IMG/VR virus record: IMGVR_UViG_3300006919_000045
Span: 1-64,000 of that record
Length of the DNA: 64,000 nucleotides
From: a virus
Direction: 5' to 3' (one strand)
The stretch's first letter is position 1. Each line of letters opens with the position of its first letter. Shown one piece after another: positions 18,801 through 27,701 of the stretch. The translations under genes and the position numbers were made by a program. The notes beneath the pieces were generated by a model, which worked only from the letters and a program-made list of their open reading frames with translations, was not told where the DNA came from and did no database searches.

Positions 18801-21484
18801 TATCCTTCACTAGTATATTCGACATTTGAAACATTAATGTCGCTTCCTCCGCCAAAAGTTTCCGAAGTACAGGTAAAGAAGTGTTGATTGGGATTATTTG
18901 CGTGTCTAACTTTAAATCTTTTTATTCCATCATTAATAAGTTGCTCATCTAAAAATGTTTGCTCTAATAAATGAGTTCCTGAAGTTATGGTTGTTGCAGC
19001 TATTGGTAAAATTACTGCAGGAGATGCTAGTGCTTTTTCTTTTGTTTCTGCGAGATGAATTTGATTTACACCAATGCCTAATCCTGGCGACTGACCCGCT
19101 GCTACAACAAAATATTCTTTACCATTTATTAACGGACTAATTGGACTGTTATCAGTATTTATGTATGTAACCTTATCTCCTGTTTCTAATCCTAAGGCAC
19201 CCATTCCTCCTGTCATAATTAAGGAGCTTGCGCCTCGAGCCTCGCTTATAGTTAGATTATCTACCTTAAATCGAAACCTATAATCATACTCTGCATCCAT
19301 GTCCACAAAGAACCACTTATCAATAATAGTGGATCTATACTGTAATCCCGGTCTATAATGGGGCTCAATATCTACCTTGTCAGCTAAATCAAAGTTATCA
19401 AAATGCTGGGCACTATTAGGATCGTCTACCAGATTATTTCTGTAAGTTCCATCATAATTAAAACAATTTACAAATTTTCCTTTTACAACATAACTTATAT
19501 CAGGAAGTTGTGCATCTGTGTCGCTAACTTTATCTTCAAGTACTACATAGGCAGTATCCAGCAATCTATGAGACTGTCCCCAGTATGTTCCCGGATCTAG
19601 CCCCAGTTTTATATATTGTTGTTGCCCTAAAAACAGAGGAGATCCGCTACCTTCTCCGGCAGCCTTATTCATTAAAATTTTATTTGCTTCTTGGTCATCT
19701 TTTCCGGAATGAAACGTTAATTTCAAATTTTTAGCTTGGGGCAAAGGTCCTAAGCTTTTTTCATGTAAAACTCCTCTTTGATCTTGTTTTTGTGAGAAAT
19801 ACCCCCCTATTTGATTTCCACTCGAATCAAACACAGCTGGGTCCGCTGGATTTATTGTACTTCCATCAGGTAAAACCATTGTGACCTGTATACCCAGACC
19901 TGAGGGATCTGCTCCACCACTTATTATAAAAGTACCGTACTGTGTATGCGATATTTGGCCTGCCGCTTGTGAAGAAATTATATTAAAAAAGTCCCCTCCT
20001 GCTACATCTCCTTTTTCCATCGAACCGAAACAAGCAACTCCTTTTACATTGTCATCGTTTGAAACCGTCCCAGGATCGTCCATTCTCCGTACACTTCTAT
20101 CTGCTTCATCTTTACAAACTAGGCTTTCATCATCTACAAATACATCAAATAATCCTGAAATAGGTCCTTCACATAGAACATTTGCAGAATACATAGTTGT
20201 AAATCCACCGTCAAATTGAGCTGTACTTGAACCCGTCTGGTTTGGAGTAACATCGGGAGTAATTATTATATCTGCGAATGCAGGAAAAGAGTCAATTTTT
20301 TGTACCCCATAGACAACGGGAATATGCTTCGCTTCTAGGTTAAGTCTTAAATCAAGTTGTCTTTCAACTTCAAAATATTCTGTTGAGTATTTTCTACCCC
20401 CCATCATACCTGCAAGGCCGCCTCTTCTACGAGATTTCAATCTAGAGTCAGTACCTGTGTATTTTGCTAAAACATTTAGTGATTTATCAGCATGCTCGAA
20501 TCCAAAATCACTAGCATATTGAGGTTTTAAAGCTGTATTTTCTAAAGAGTATCCTGCTGAGTCTAATCCTCTATGAAATTCATCCGAAGTTAATCGTCCT
20601 TGTACTCTTACAAAGTCCCCCCAATGGCTAGTTAAAGACCAAGTAATCGTAGGCTGTCCTGAAATTTTTTCATTGAGAGTACCTTGAGCAATAACCCCTT
20701 TAAAATAAAGAAAAGGACTCCCAATTATAACTCCAGTATCGGGATGTGCAAAAACTCTATAAATTTCTACGCTTCTATTCACATAGCTTTCATAGCTTAA
20801 AGAGCCTATGTTTTTTGCGGTAAGAGTAGTTACTTCCGGATTAACATAATCTATGTTACATTCCAGTGGAGTAGTAAATGCTACAATTCCTTCTTTTTCT
20901 AAACTTGTAACATGAATTGATTTTCCATCATTGCTAATTCTATCAATTTGGACTGTAAGTACAGTTGGTGCTGCTCCCGTAAAATTTGTATTTTTAGGGA
21001 ATGCAAGTGGATTTCCGATAAAATCTAGACTTGTTCGAGTTAGGCTTATAGTATCTCCTACATAAAAGCCTGCCGAAAAAAGATCAAAGTCTAAAGTAAG
21101 TAATCCTGCAGCGCCATTTCCATTTCCGTTAGCTGCGGGCAAAGTACTAGGAATATTTGTCGCTATTTCAGCTTGTGCAACAGCAGTTGCTCCTAGTTTA
21201 ACGGCAGAAAGAGTTAAGCTCATTTTAGTGGCTCTTGCTTCTATTGCCTCTTGCACTTTTCCTATTTTTACAATTCCGCCTGCCTTATAACCATTGGTAG
21301 AGCCATCTCCATCTTCATCAAAGTCTACATCATAAGGAGCATCCGTAAGATAAGTAAAATCAGTCCTTCGAGTAGCTTTTTGCAGACTTGAAGGTTTTTC
21401 AAATTTTACCAAATGATAGGTTAAAAGAGGCACTCGATTCTGTAGCGCCGTTATAATATCATCATGTATATTTCGTAATGCCAT
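12896..21484 (-). CDS. Giant tail tip/baseplate hub and central fibre (T5 pb3-like, extended)
   Basis: Follows Dit; LTSHWGDF, IPVVYG and NPALQLLDYL..YGKGL motifs; FN3 domain (TPTGLTA...YYYWIRY); long C-terminal Ig-like array. Confidence 0.85.
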   Translation of the reverse strand: MALRNIHDDIITALQNRVPLLTYHLVKFEKPSSLQKATRRTDFTYLTDAPYDVDFDEDGDGSTNGYKAGGIVKIGKVQEAIEARATKMSLTLSAVKLGATAVAQAEIATNIPSTLPAANGNGNGAAGLLTLDFDLFSAGFYVGDTISLTRTSLDFIGNPLAFPKNTNFTGAAPTVLTVQIDRISNDGKSIHVTSLEKEGIVAFTTPLECNIDYVNPEVTTLTAKNIGSLSYESYVNRSVEIYRVFAHPDTGVIIGSPFLYFKGVIAQGTLNEKISGQPTITWSLTSHWGDFVRVQGRLTSDEFHRGLDSAGYSLENTALKPQYASDFGFEHADKSLNVLAKYTGTDSRLKSRRRGGLAGMMGGRKYSTEYFEVERQLDLRLNLEAKHIPVVYGVQKIDSFPAFADIIITPDVTPNQTGSSTAQFDGGFTTMYSANVLCEGPISGLFDVFVDDESLVCKDEADRSVRRMDDPGTVSNDDNVKGVACFGSMEKGDVAGGDFFNIISSQAAGQISHTQYGTFIISGGADPSGLGIQVTMVLPDGSTINPADPAVFDSSGNQIGGYFSQKQDQRGVLHEKSLGPLPQAKNLKLTFHSGKDDQEANKILMNKAAGEGSGSPLFLGQQQYIKLGLDPGTYWGQSHRLLDTAYVVLEDKVSDTDAQLPDISYVVKGKFVNCFNYDGTYRNNLVDDPNSAQHFDNFDLADKVDIEPHYRPGLQYRSTIIDKWFFVDMDAEYDYRFRFKVDNLTISEARGASSLIMTGGMGALGLETGDKVTYINTDNSPISPLINGKEYFVVAAGQSPGLGIGVNQIHLAETKEKALASPAVILPIAATTITSGTHLLEQTFLDEQLINDGIKRFKVRHANNPNQHFFTCTSETFGGGSDINVSNVEYTSEGYIHQQDPNPLAPFPISIKRTVTRGKQIDHTLFSNEFGIDTGAMVNVFGTNVPEALVTLFKDGITAAQAAAITASLGSGNPLTQADFAAVGNSLPTGDSYVYEIDFSGDPSLNIAAAPALARNLIKAIKGTPSAAQAIDLQIKREHKGGTVVNGVLQDGTTVKVSPFTTVSGWPGLAAAYDVSTDKIILNGFNTQLDELFDAVNTDAPGAGQIDNTDPANPVQQENVDTKIHSSNVTATLQFFQVLVQDSTAPDIDTTHADTLDGTTITFKKDNVEDKTVGLAYPSDTETAVSGTNLNIALRNANLLVLTEHLNTTDHGGSSKYSYGGKSYEGSGVPNKSDRRVSINPALQLLDYLRSTTYGKGLSDDLLNIESFRETARACDQQSRVTVLGSHIRPPTHISVGDVYEYRFPETSSKVFFRGTLEEISDTIQYDVAEYNPTTNTTTTVTRSYKQYTFKDVIGKLGRKWYSYTKYHRGEIVWTVEGKALIVDPGTINDPYPKTISQPTTPLPQATISAGYTGGGATGGVVYLTKVSGASNTNSDTELHLDTEVHSGGTGNPIVKKLVGDGRIASGYDLYDSCDVRYWKYLGWEERTQRHATRHQLNQTLDTSAPLFDNVNQMLTQFNGILRYSNGKYELDLKTKAPTTISSLEQITTDRIIGDIKITDKGLSKTYNSVTTGYIDPQNGFNSKNITYYNSDYKKQDKGISRQGQYKAPGITNYFNNRMNIKQMLDESRSGLTATFTGSPETYVLLPGNIIAITYERFNWASKLFRIQSMSPRDDLLVDFTVIEHNDDAYVLEALPSDLVESIYPEGPGFPVVNPITPTGLTAVGTTDGIRLNWNNVVNFSQETHIVEVWRSSNSSFSTSFPTFGTENDVEKAHKTSSVNTTTDDANLDPDLTYYYWIRYRLPSNKGAAGVKQFSGFHPGRNEPGVSATALDNRSYSVDFFGPQTANYDAAGDLLSGSTFTYTATAFNFLDPRFKFTFDGAAEPSFTAPASGSQKTFNITVPSTIFTGVKDIKVEIQEGAAGGTKIEETLTLVAVQQPQTQKTVKLFKKLNNVNVITGITNPAQQTFANPTNGISGWSTTQQDLTQNLDVIFMVERVFTTDGLSPQDAAWSPPVIVARREDGAVGPDGPGTPRMDLTNENHSVTADRFGNVVNSNFPGANTAVAIYEGATNVTNNWTFATPVASNSGLGFSWNGTTKILQITSMSAALTEATVTISASYLGTTLTKTFTITKINAGASGAEGESVNIIFGRFSAANPPPGTPANSASPNNSIGWYDNPPADQGDPLYASRGTKASGATNFVWSTPYRVDGDSVAEVYVYSNVITGNNIPTPPTSSTYNFRTSTLTINDASWNKDPPSLVNDGDQIYVAVGLATGTPRGTPTVTFGAAARYAVKTDGDDAVVYSLNIVPSVIKKTIPATGSATFDFTTLNVSTIKTAGTTVTQSPLPANEVIIKAYLNSATSAHATSSNGNMTLTSSANYGSASSIKFELIKNSVVIDTETVPILEQEQGASGPRTIQGYLYYRKTGPNHAIAPSAPNGNTYTFSTGIVSATFPVSPPDINTGTTPLDNVWQNSPQTTNAAALETVWTVRYYGTESSSGATSIGVSYSTVVKHTNFTGVVTFSSGTQLTDGSVTIDPLTANEVNGTSGVTQTIIDGGNISAGSIRAGNFSGDVTETYTLSFGDQQAGIAGNFTQASTSIFHFTVPAPKDNGVTLNGVSANVARSLFGNMHVVLESSSQYIIRAYTEIFLKSGTVSGAASGTMYRQNFNGYTFVSNTPVSPFAGSALKYLEINGDKMDELNIGGLLYKHGGTGGYSPIVGLEYYPTGALGSNSSERTRVYFYSNNSLSSNNRANLKGTFSPSYMIWENWPSIYNTSLSGTPSIAQVSMRARIGGIYKASGPGVCVMPINFRLPKRVHTSPVELTAKTTIVHHTTNSVHTSTNAAGGSSISLAVRFVGGTFGYSV

Positions 21485-22141
21485 TTATGCCAAAGCCTCT
21501 TCTACATTGACTGAAAAAGTATACAGTCCATTTGCTTTTACTGAGTAAGTGAGCATAGCTCCTTTAACTCGTACACGAAGGCGCGGACGAGTCATAAGAA
21601 TTCTTGCAGTATCCCCCGCAGTAATTTTTCGCTGTAACCCCGGGGAAAAGAAAACTCTATTATTTACTGTATCAATTTTTGTAACTTTATATGCTTTTAA
21701 GTGTAAACTATCATCATTATTAATTAAATGAAACATATCGCCCATATTAATATCATCTACATCAGTACCCGTTAAATTTAAAAACTCTCTTCCCGGACTT
21801 GTACTAGCTGTAGTATTTATTATCTGGGTGGCTGCAACAGCATTTCCATACTGAGGAACCTCTACAAAAAAGGCTTCTTGACTTTGTTGTCTTTCTAGTA
21901 GAAAAGGATACACTACATTGAAATCAGATTTTGTAAGATCATTATACTTAATATCCAATTCCCACTGATGATACTTTACAATGGAACGAAAAGAAAGACC
22001 AGAGTTTGATTTATTTGAAACAACAGGCTGATTTGATTTTAAAGTTACAGATGAAAATCCAGGACCGTAAGAACCACTGTCATCATTGCCAGCAATACTA
22101 ATACGGTTATTTGGATCAGGTAAAGTAGTTTGAGCTGTCAT
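21485..22141 (-). CDS. Distal tail protein Dit (T5 pb9-like)
   Basis: LPDP N-terminus, GPGFSSV, ends EEAL; lies between TMP and tail tip. Confidence 0.85.
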   Translation of the reverse strand: MTAQTTLPDPNNRISIAGNDDSGSYGPGFSSVTLKSNQPVVSNKSNSGLSFRSIVKYHQWELDIKYNDLTKSDFNVVYPFLLERQQSQEAFFVEVPQYGNAVAATQIINTTASTSPGREFLNLTGTDVDDINMGDMFHLINNDDSLHLKAYKVTKIDTVNNRVFFSPGLQRKITAGDTARILMTRPRLRVRVKGAMLTYSVKANGLYTFSVNVEEALA

Positions 22142-25100
22142 TTATAACTCCGAGGTTCTTATGTTTTCTAGGAACTCTTCTCCGTTTGCATTTGCTGCTT
22201 CACGAATCATATCAATAATATTACCGCGTTGATTTGTAAGTAGATCTTCCACGCCTGTTGCATCTACAGCTGAGATATTAAATGTTGCATTTACAGCAGT
22301 CGGAGCTACAATATCATCATTTGGAATAATTGTACCTGCCCTATCTGGGACAAACATTTCTGGTCCTTGTTCTCCAACCATAAATGCGGTATTTCCCCCT
22401 TCTGCACGATTTCTATATCCTGAGAATGCGGGAGTAAAGTCTTCTGGACCTCCTACCCCTCTTTCGCCTCGGAAGTATGAGAGTTCTCCTGTTCCTCCAG
22501 AGGACTTGGCTAAGTCTACGCTAGTTCTTCTTTGTCCTACAGATGCGGAAGATATGCCTCCTGAGTCAGCGGCGGAGCCTCCACCTGCATAGCTTGTCCC
22601 TGCTACGATTGCTAGTTGTGCCGCACCAAGTGCAGCATATACAGCTGCTAGTGCTAAACCTGCAGGGAATCCTGCACCTAGTGGGGGAGGAGCTACAGCT
22701 GAGGCAATTGCTGCTGCTGTATTTGCAACAATACTTGCCATTTGAATTTTCTTTTGCTGCTCGAAAGCTTTTCGCTGCATTTGCTCTTTTCGCTTTTCAA
22801 GCTGTTTAATTTTATTTACACTGTCTCGAGATTTTCCATCTCTCTTCTTCTCAGCTGCAATTTCTTTATCGATTCCGGCAATTTTTGCTGCAGAAGAGGC
22901 TGCTTGAATTTGTCCAATTGATTGAATTACTCCTGCAACTGCCTCTAGTTTTGCTGCAGTTGTTGCTCCGGACTCTCCCAACGCTTGGAAATTATCCATT
23001 AACATTACTGTACCATCAACCATTGCAGCCATAGCTTCGCCTTCCGGCCCGAGATTCTTTAAGTCTGCGGAGAAACCAGCAAGAATCATTTTGCCACCTT
23101 CAATTACTCCTCCAAGCTCTCCAAATTTTTCTTTTAATGCTTCTAATTTCTGAGGGTTATCTGGATTGAAAAGATCTGTAGCCATTGTGGCACCCGCAAG
23201 GAGTCCTCCTCCAAAGTTGCTTTCTCCGGCTCCCTCTCTTGCAGCTTGCATTATTGCCAAGGTTTCTTCATTGGCAACTTTTGCTTTCATTAACGCATAC
23301 TGTTGATTTATAACCTCAATCTCTAAATCAGCAACTTGTCGAGCAGTGTCTAGTTGAGCATCAAATTTATCAAGTGCAGCCTGTTCTTGCGCATCCAGTC
23401 CATCTTTTGCCATTTCTAATGCTAAAAGATCTCTTCTTGCTTGTAATACTGCGAATTCATTGTTAACTGTAGCAATTTTTAAATCTTTTTCTAATTCAGC
23501 AAATTTTAATCTTTCTTGTCTTTCTGTTTGGGCAGCGCGAACAGCCTCTGTAATACTTCGTACATTACCAAACATATCCGTGTTTTGTAAATCTGCGATT
23601 TCTTTATTTATCTTGGAAAGTTCTTTTCCTGAATCTATAGTAGCACTTAATAATCTATTAGCCTCTTCGAACTGGGCTTCCATTAAGTCTAACTCAATTT
23701 CTCGCTTTGCAATTATATTATTTTGTAAGTCTAGCCTTACTTTTGCAGCGTCAGCCGCACTTAAACCACCGTTTGCCAAACGCTGTGTTTGATCTGCAAT
23801 TTGAACTTCTAAGTCTAGTCTTTCCGCATTAAGAGAAACTAAATTAGTGCCAAGAGCCATTTGTAGCTGAAGATTCGCAGATATACTTGCTAGAGCTCGC
23901 TCTTGCTTTTGTCGAGCTTCTTGTGCTTTTTTCAATTCTGTGGTTCCAGCTCTAATCTCTGCATTATGCTCCTGCTCCCTATTTACACCGTCTATCTGAG
24001 CATCTACTATATTTTGTCGAATGCCTAAAATTTCGTTATTTAAAGCTATTTGTGTTTGTGCTGCAAGTGCTTCTTCGGTAAATTGAGGGGTGCTTGTGCC
24101 TAGTTTATCAGTTGCAGTATCAGGTACAAACTTTTGCCTGGCCGCTTCTGCTAGCCTTGCATTTGCTGCTTTTGTTTGTGCTTCTAGCAGTGCAAACTCT
24201 AACTCTATGATTCTGATTTTTTCAGCAGCAATTGCTTTTTCAGCTACAATTAACTCACCCTCTCTTTGTTCCAAAAGGGCGATTTCATCTGTAATGTCTA
24301 AACCACTTCCTGCACGTGCACGAGCTGTTTTCACTGCAAGAGATGCAAGAGCCCTTTCATTTTCTATTTCTTTTTTTGTTGCTTCTACTGCTGCTGTTTT
24401 TGCCTGTGCCAGCAGTCTTTCTTTTTTCATTCGTGCCTCTAAAACACGAACTCTTCTATCTTCTTCACTTATTATTTTAGTTTCTAGTTGAAGTATTTCT
24501 GTTTCTAGAGTTTGTATTCCTGCAAGTATTGCTGCTCGATCTTTAGAACTAGTGTTTGCGTTAAGCATTGCTTTATTAACTTCAATTTGTGTACGGAGCT
24601 GTTCTTGCTTTTGACGTGTAAGATTATTTTCTGCATCTACTGTTATAGCAATACCCTCTTGGGTTGTAAAATTAAGACTTTTTATAATAGCTAATTCGTC
24701 TTTTGCTGTTGTAATTCGGTCTTGTGCGCTTCTCAAAGACTCTTGCTGTTTTGAAATTAATCTATTTATTCCTTGAATTCTTTCCTCTAAACTAGAACCT
24801 TCTTGGCTATCTATAAGAGCTCGAAGAGTTGATCCTTGAGCAGCTTTTTCATCGAGAATTTTTTCTAAATCTCCTACTTCAGTAGCAGATGCTGCAGCTT
24901 TTGCTAAGTCACTTAAACTATCTGCCATTGCATCAACAGGAGTAGTTTTAATAAATGAGTTCACAAAATCCTGAGTAGCAGTAGAGGCTGCTTTTGCAGA
25001 TTCTGCAAGTGCTTGTGTTTGTTTTGATGCTCTTTCTGCCGCTTCTGCAATATCAATTACTCTTGCTATAGTGTCTTTATTAATTTTTTGTATTCCCGCC

Positions 25101-26908
25101 TCTTTTAAAGCGGCAGCAAAAAGATCACTCTCTTCAGCGGCTTCTCTAAATAACTCAATAGTTCCCTCTACAGAATCATCATATCCTGTGGCTTTGAGTT
25201 TATCAACTTCGTCTAGTATTCCTCCTAAAGCACTACCATATGCAATTGTTCTTGCAGTTACTGTAGTAATCTTTTTTGAGGTTCCTTCTACAGCAGCATC
25301 TACCTCGCGCAAAGATTTACCGAACTCGGCTGTTGTTTCGCGAGCTGACTCCAGTGTATCTTTATACTCTTTGTATGCTTTAGACTGAAAAAGTCCAATA
25401 ACAAATTTAAAGCCTTCAATTAAAAGACTTACTACTGCAATTATTGCTGAAATCGGGCCCAGAAGTGCAGTAACCGCTGCGCCTGCAATACGAAATGCCC
25501 CTGCAGCAAGTAGTGCAGAAGCTCTAGTAATATGCAGAGTTTTACTAAGTCTACTTGTTTGAAATGTAGCCATAGAAACATTGAGTCTATAGGCAGCTAC
25601 CATATCTTTGGTTTTTGATAAACCATCTTTGAAGTCGCCATTAGCTACTGCAGCAATTGCATCTGCAGTAGCTGCTTGTTGTTGAGCTTTTCCGTAGTCT
25701 ATTGCGCTCTTTCGTATTGCTTCTTGAGCAGCTCTAGCCGCTTTAATTCTTTGAGTGTACTCCTCTGTTTTGTCTTTGTTTCTATTTAACGCGGTTGTAA
25801 GTCCTCCAACAGCGCCTTGTTGCGCAAGAATTGCATCTTTGAATTGTTGTGCATTAGCGGTACCTTTTAGCATACCTGTGCCCAACTTGGTAATGTTGTC
25901 CTTAGCACTACCAATTTCTGATAGTCCGTCAACTGTTTCTTGGTTCATTTGTTTTGTATCTTCAGCCGCCTGTGCTGCGGCCGCACCATATTCTTTTATT
26001 CCTCCTAGTATCTGACCAGATATAGTAGCTCCAAGGCCTGTGAGTGCCGCTAATAATAGTCCTGAATTACTTGCGAGTGCAGATACAAAAGGAACAATGG
26101 CGATATTAAGTATGCCAAGAAGTTGTTTAGATAAATCATTAAAGGTAGCAGCAAGTTTATCAAAAGAGCTAACATCAAGATCTCCTAATGCTCCATACTT
26201 TTCATTTGCTTGATCAAGGGCTTCGTTTGCAAACGCTTGGCGTTTTTCGAAGTTTGTAAGTTCTCCTGCACTTTTTCCTATGGAACGTGCATACTTTTCT
26301 GCTGCATCATCGACGCGAACAAATAAACCTAATTCATCAAGAAGTTCAGGCTCAAGCTTTGTAACACCACGAGTAAATCGTTCTAATGATTCTGCAGTGT
26401 CTCTACCGAGTGCGAGAGAAGCATTTTTTGCAGCTTTACCAAACTCTTCAACACTGCTTGGATCTAGCCCGGCACTTGTTATCAATGCAGTAGATCTCAT
26501 AGCTTCTTCAAGACTTAGTGCAAATCCTGTTGATTCTTGTAAACCACGAGAAAGAGTGCCTAAAGCGAGTCCGCTGGCAGCACCCATCTCACTCAGACCT
26601 TTTGTAAGTTGCTCTACTCTTGCAGCTCCTCGTAAAGCATTAAAAAGTGCAGTAATTGCAAAGATATTTGCTGCCAATGCGGCATACGCAGGCACAAGGC
26701 CTCCACTGATGCCTTGTGACATTTTTGCAAAGTTTTTCGTACTATTGGAAGATGCTTGGGCGGCACCTTTTAGCGCTCGATCTTGACTTCTGGCAGATTT
26801 AGAAAGATTATCTGTAGAAGCGGCCGCTTTATCAGCATCAGCTGCGAGTGCTTTTAGATTACCGTCGGCATCTAATTTAAACTTTACGACTACTTCGTTG
26901 GCTGCCAC
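22142..26908 (-). CDS. Tape measure protein (T5 pb2-like)
   Basis: Ala-rich coiled coil; GGLVPAYAALAANIFA, KLEPELLDELG and C-terminal VGEQGPEMFVP motifs. Confidence 0.92.
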   Translation of the reverse strand: MAANEVVVKFKLDADGNLKALAADADKAAASTDNLSKSARSQDRALKGAAQASSNSTKNFAKMSQGISGGLVPAYAALAANIFAITALFNALRGAARVEQLTKGLSEMGAASGLALGTLSRGLQESTGFALSLEEAMRSTALITSAGLDPSSVEEFGKAAKNASLALGRDTAESLERFTRGVTKLEPELLDELGLFVRVDDAAEKYARSIGKSAGELTNFEKRQAFANEALDQANEKYGALGDLDVSSFDKLAATFNDLSKQLLGILNIAIVPFVSALASNSGLLLAALTGLGATISGQILGGIKEYGAAAAQAAEDTKQMNQETVDGLSEIGSAKDNITKLGTGMLKGTANAQQFKDAILAQQGAVGGLTTALNRNKDKTEEYTQRIKAARAAQEAIRKSAIDYGKAQQQAATADAIAAVANGDFKDGLSKTKDMVAAYRLNVSMATFQTSRLSKTLHITRASALLAAGAFRIAGAAVTALLGPISAIIAVVSLLIEGFKFVIGLFQSKAYKEYKDTLESARETTAEFGKSLREVDAAVEGTSKKITTVTARTIAYGSALGGILDEVDKLKATGYDDSVEGTIELFREAAEESDLFAAALKEAGIQKINKDTIARVIDIAEAAERASKQTQALAESAKAASTATQDFVNSFIKTTPVDAMADSLSDLAKAAASATEVGDLEKILDEKAAQGSTLRALIDSQEGSSLEERIQGINRLISKQQESLRSAQDRITTAKDELAIIKSLNFTTQEGIAITVDAENNLTRQKQEQLRTQIEVNKAMLNANTSSKDRAAILAGIQTLETEILQLETKIISEEDRRVRVLEARMKKERLLAQAKTAAVEATKKEIENERALASLAVKTARARAGSGLDITDEIALLEQREGELIVAEKAIAAEKIRIIELEFALLEAQTKAANARLAEAARQKFVPDTATDKLGTSTPQFTEEALAAQTQIALNNEILGIRQNIVDAQIDGVNREQEHNAEIRAGTTELKKAQEARQKQERALASISANLQLQMALGTNLVSLNAERLDLEVQIADQTQRLANGGLSAADAAKVRLDLQNNIIAKREIELDLMEAQFEEANRLLSATIDSGKELSKINKEIADLQNTDMFGNVRSITEAVRAAQTERQERLKFAELEKDLKIATVNNEFAVLQARRDLLALEMAKDGLDAQEQAALDKFDAQLDTARQVADLEIEVINQQYALMKAKVANEETLAIMQAAREGAGESNFGGGLLAGATMATDLFNPDNPQKLEALKEKFGELGGVIEGGKMILAGFSADLKNLGPEGEAMAAMVDGTVMLMDNFQALGESGATTAAKLEAVAGVIQSIGQIQAASSAAKIAGIDKEIAAEKKRDGKSRDSVNKIKQLEKRKEQMQRKAFEQQKKIQMASIVANTAAAIASAVAPPPLGAGFPAGLALAAVYAALGAAQLAIVAGTSYAGGGSAADSGGISSASVGQRRTSVDLAKSSGGTGELSYFRGERGVGGPEDFTPAFSGYRNRAEGGNTAFMVGEQGPEMFVPDRAGTIIPNDDIVAPTAVNATFNISAVDATGVEDLLTNQRGNIIDMIREAANANGEEFLENIRTSEL

Positions 26909-27251
26909 TTGTTGATCTCTTTAACTTATCTCGCTCTCGCTTCAAAGTTTCTGCGGACTTTTCAATCGCTCGTCCATCTAAAAAGTGCAATACTTCTATT
27001 AAGTATTCTGTGTCATTAATTCCAAAAACGTCTATAAGAATAGGTAAATTTGTGTAATCTTTTCCTATGTATCCTATGTCGGGATATGCTCTATCTCCTA
27101 AAGAATTAAATACAGAAATTGCTTGCTGCATTTCGGGAGGAAAATCTTCAAAGTCTGGAGGTATTTCATCCGGATTTGGTTCTTTTTGTAACTGTTCGCA
27201 CATTTGTAAATAACGCTCTCGCGTCATTTTTGCGTCTAAGTTTTTATACAT
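26877..27251 (-). CDS. Tail assembly chaperone, downstream segment (probably frameshift-expressed)
   Basis: MTRERYLQMCEQL..EP.PDEIPPDFEDFP; directly upstream of the TMP gene. Confidence 0.8.
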   Translation of the reverse strand: MYKNLDAKMTRERYLQMCEQLQKEPNPDEIPPDFEDFPPEMQQAISVFNSLGDRAYPDIGYIGKDYTNLPILIDVFGINDTEYLIEVLHFLDGRAIEKSAETLKRERDKLKRSTSGSQRSSRKV

Positions 27252-27687
27252 CCTCTCCAGGCGCTTCAGACTCTCCTCTTTCTCGTTGGCTACGAAAATT
27301 ATCTAAATCAAAGACTACCTCGTTGAGCCAAGTATCAAATTCAGTTGAAGAAGAGACAAGTACTTCTGCGTTATCAATACTGTAAGGGAGCTCTTCACTC
27401 ATATCCTTATCCTCTGTATCAATTAAAAGAAGAGTTTCTAAATGTTCAAGAGTAAGACCTTCCCACCCTTTTACTACTGCTCCTGTGAACTCTACAATAA
27501 ACTTTTCATCATCAAGTTCTTCGTTTAACTGTCGAGTTTTACGATCAAATTTTTGTACAGTACAGCGCTTTCGAAGTCCAAGAAGCTCTTTTCGAGAAAG
27601 ATTTGCTACTTTTACTTTAAACCCAGATAAACCTGGAAAGTCTACCCAGACTTCTTTTACGTTGACTACTAGTTTTTTTAATTCCAT
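27244..27687 (-). CDS. Tail assembly chaperone
   Basis: Start revised to ATG 27687 (AAGGAG SD); VKGWEGLT and FDTWLNEVVFDLDNFR motifs. Confidence 0.82.
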   Translation of the reverse strand: MELKKLVVNVKEVWVDFPGLSGFKVKVANLSRKELLGLRKRCTVQKFDRKTRQLNEELDDEKFIVEFTGAVVKGWEGLTLEHLETLLLIDTEDKDMSEELPYSIDNAEVLVSSSTEFDTWLNEVVFDLDNFRSQRERGESEAPGEDV

Positions 27688-27701
27688 TACTACAATGCTC
27701 C

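Noticed and set aside
27285-27305. Canonical -1 tail chaperone frameshift
   Set aside because: The -1 frame reaches TAG immediately, and the downstream ORF is in the +1 frame.
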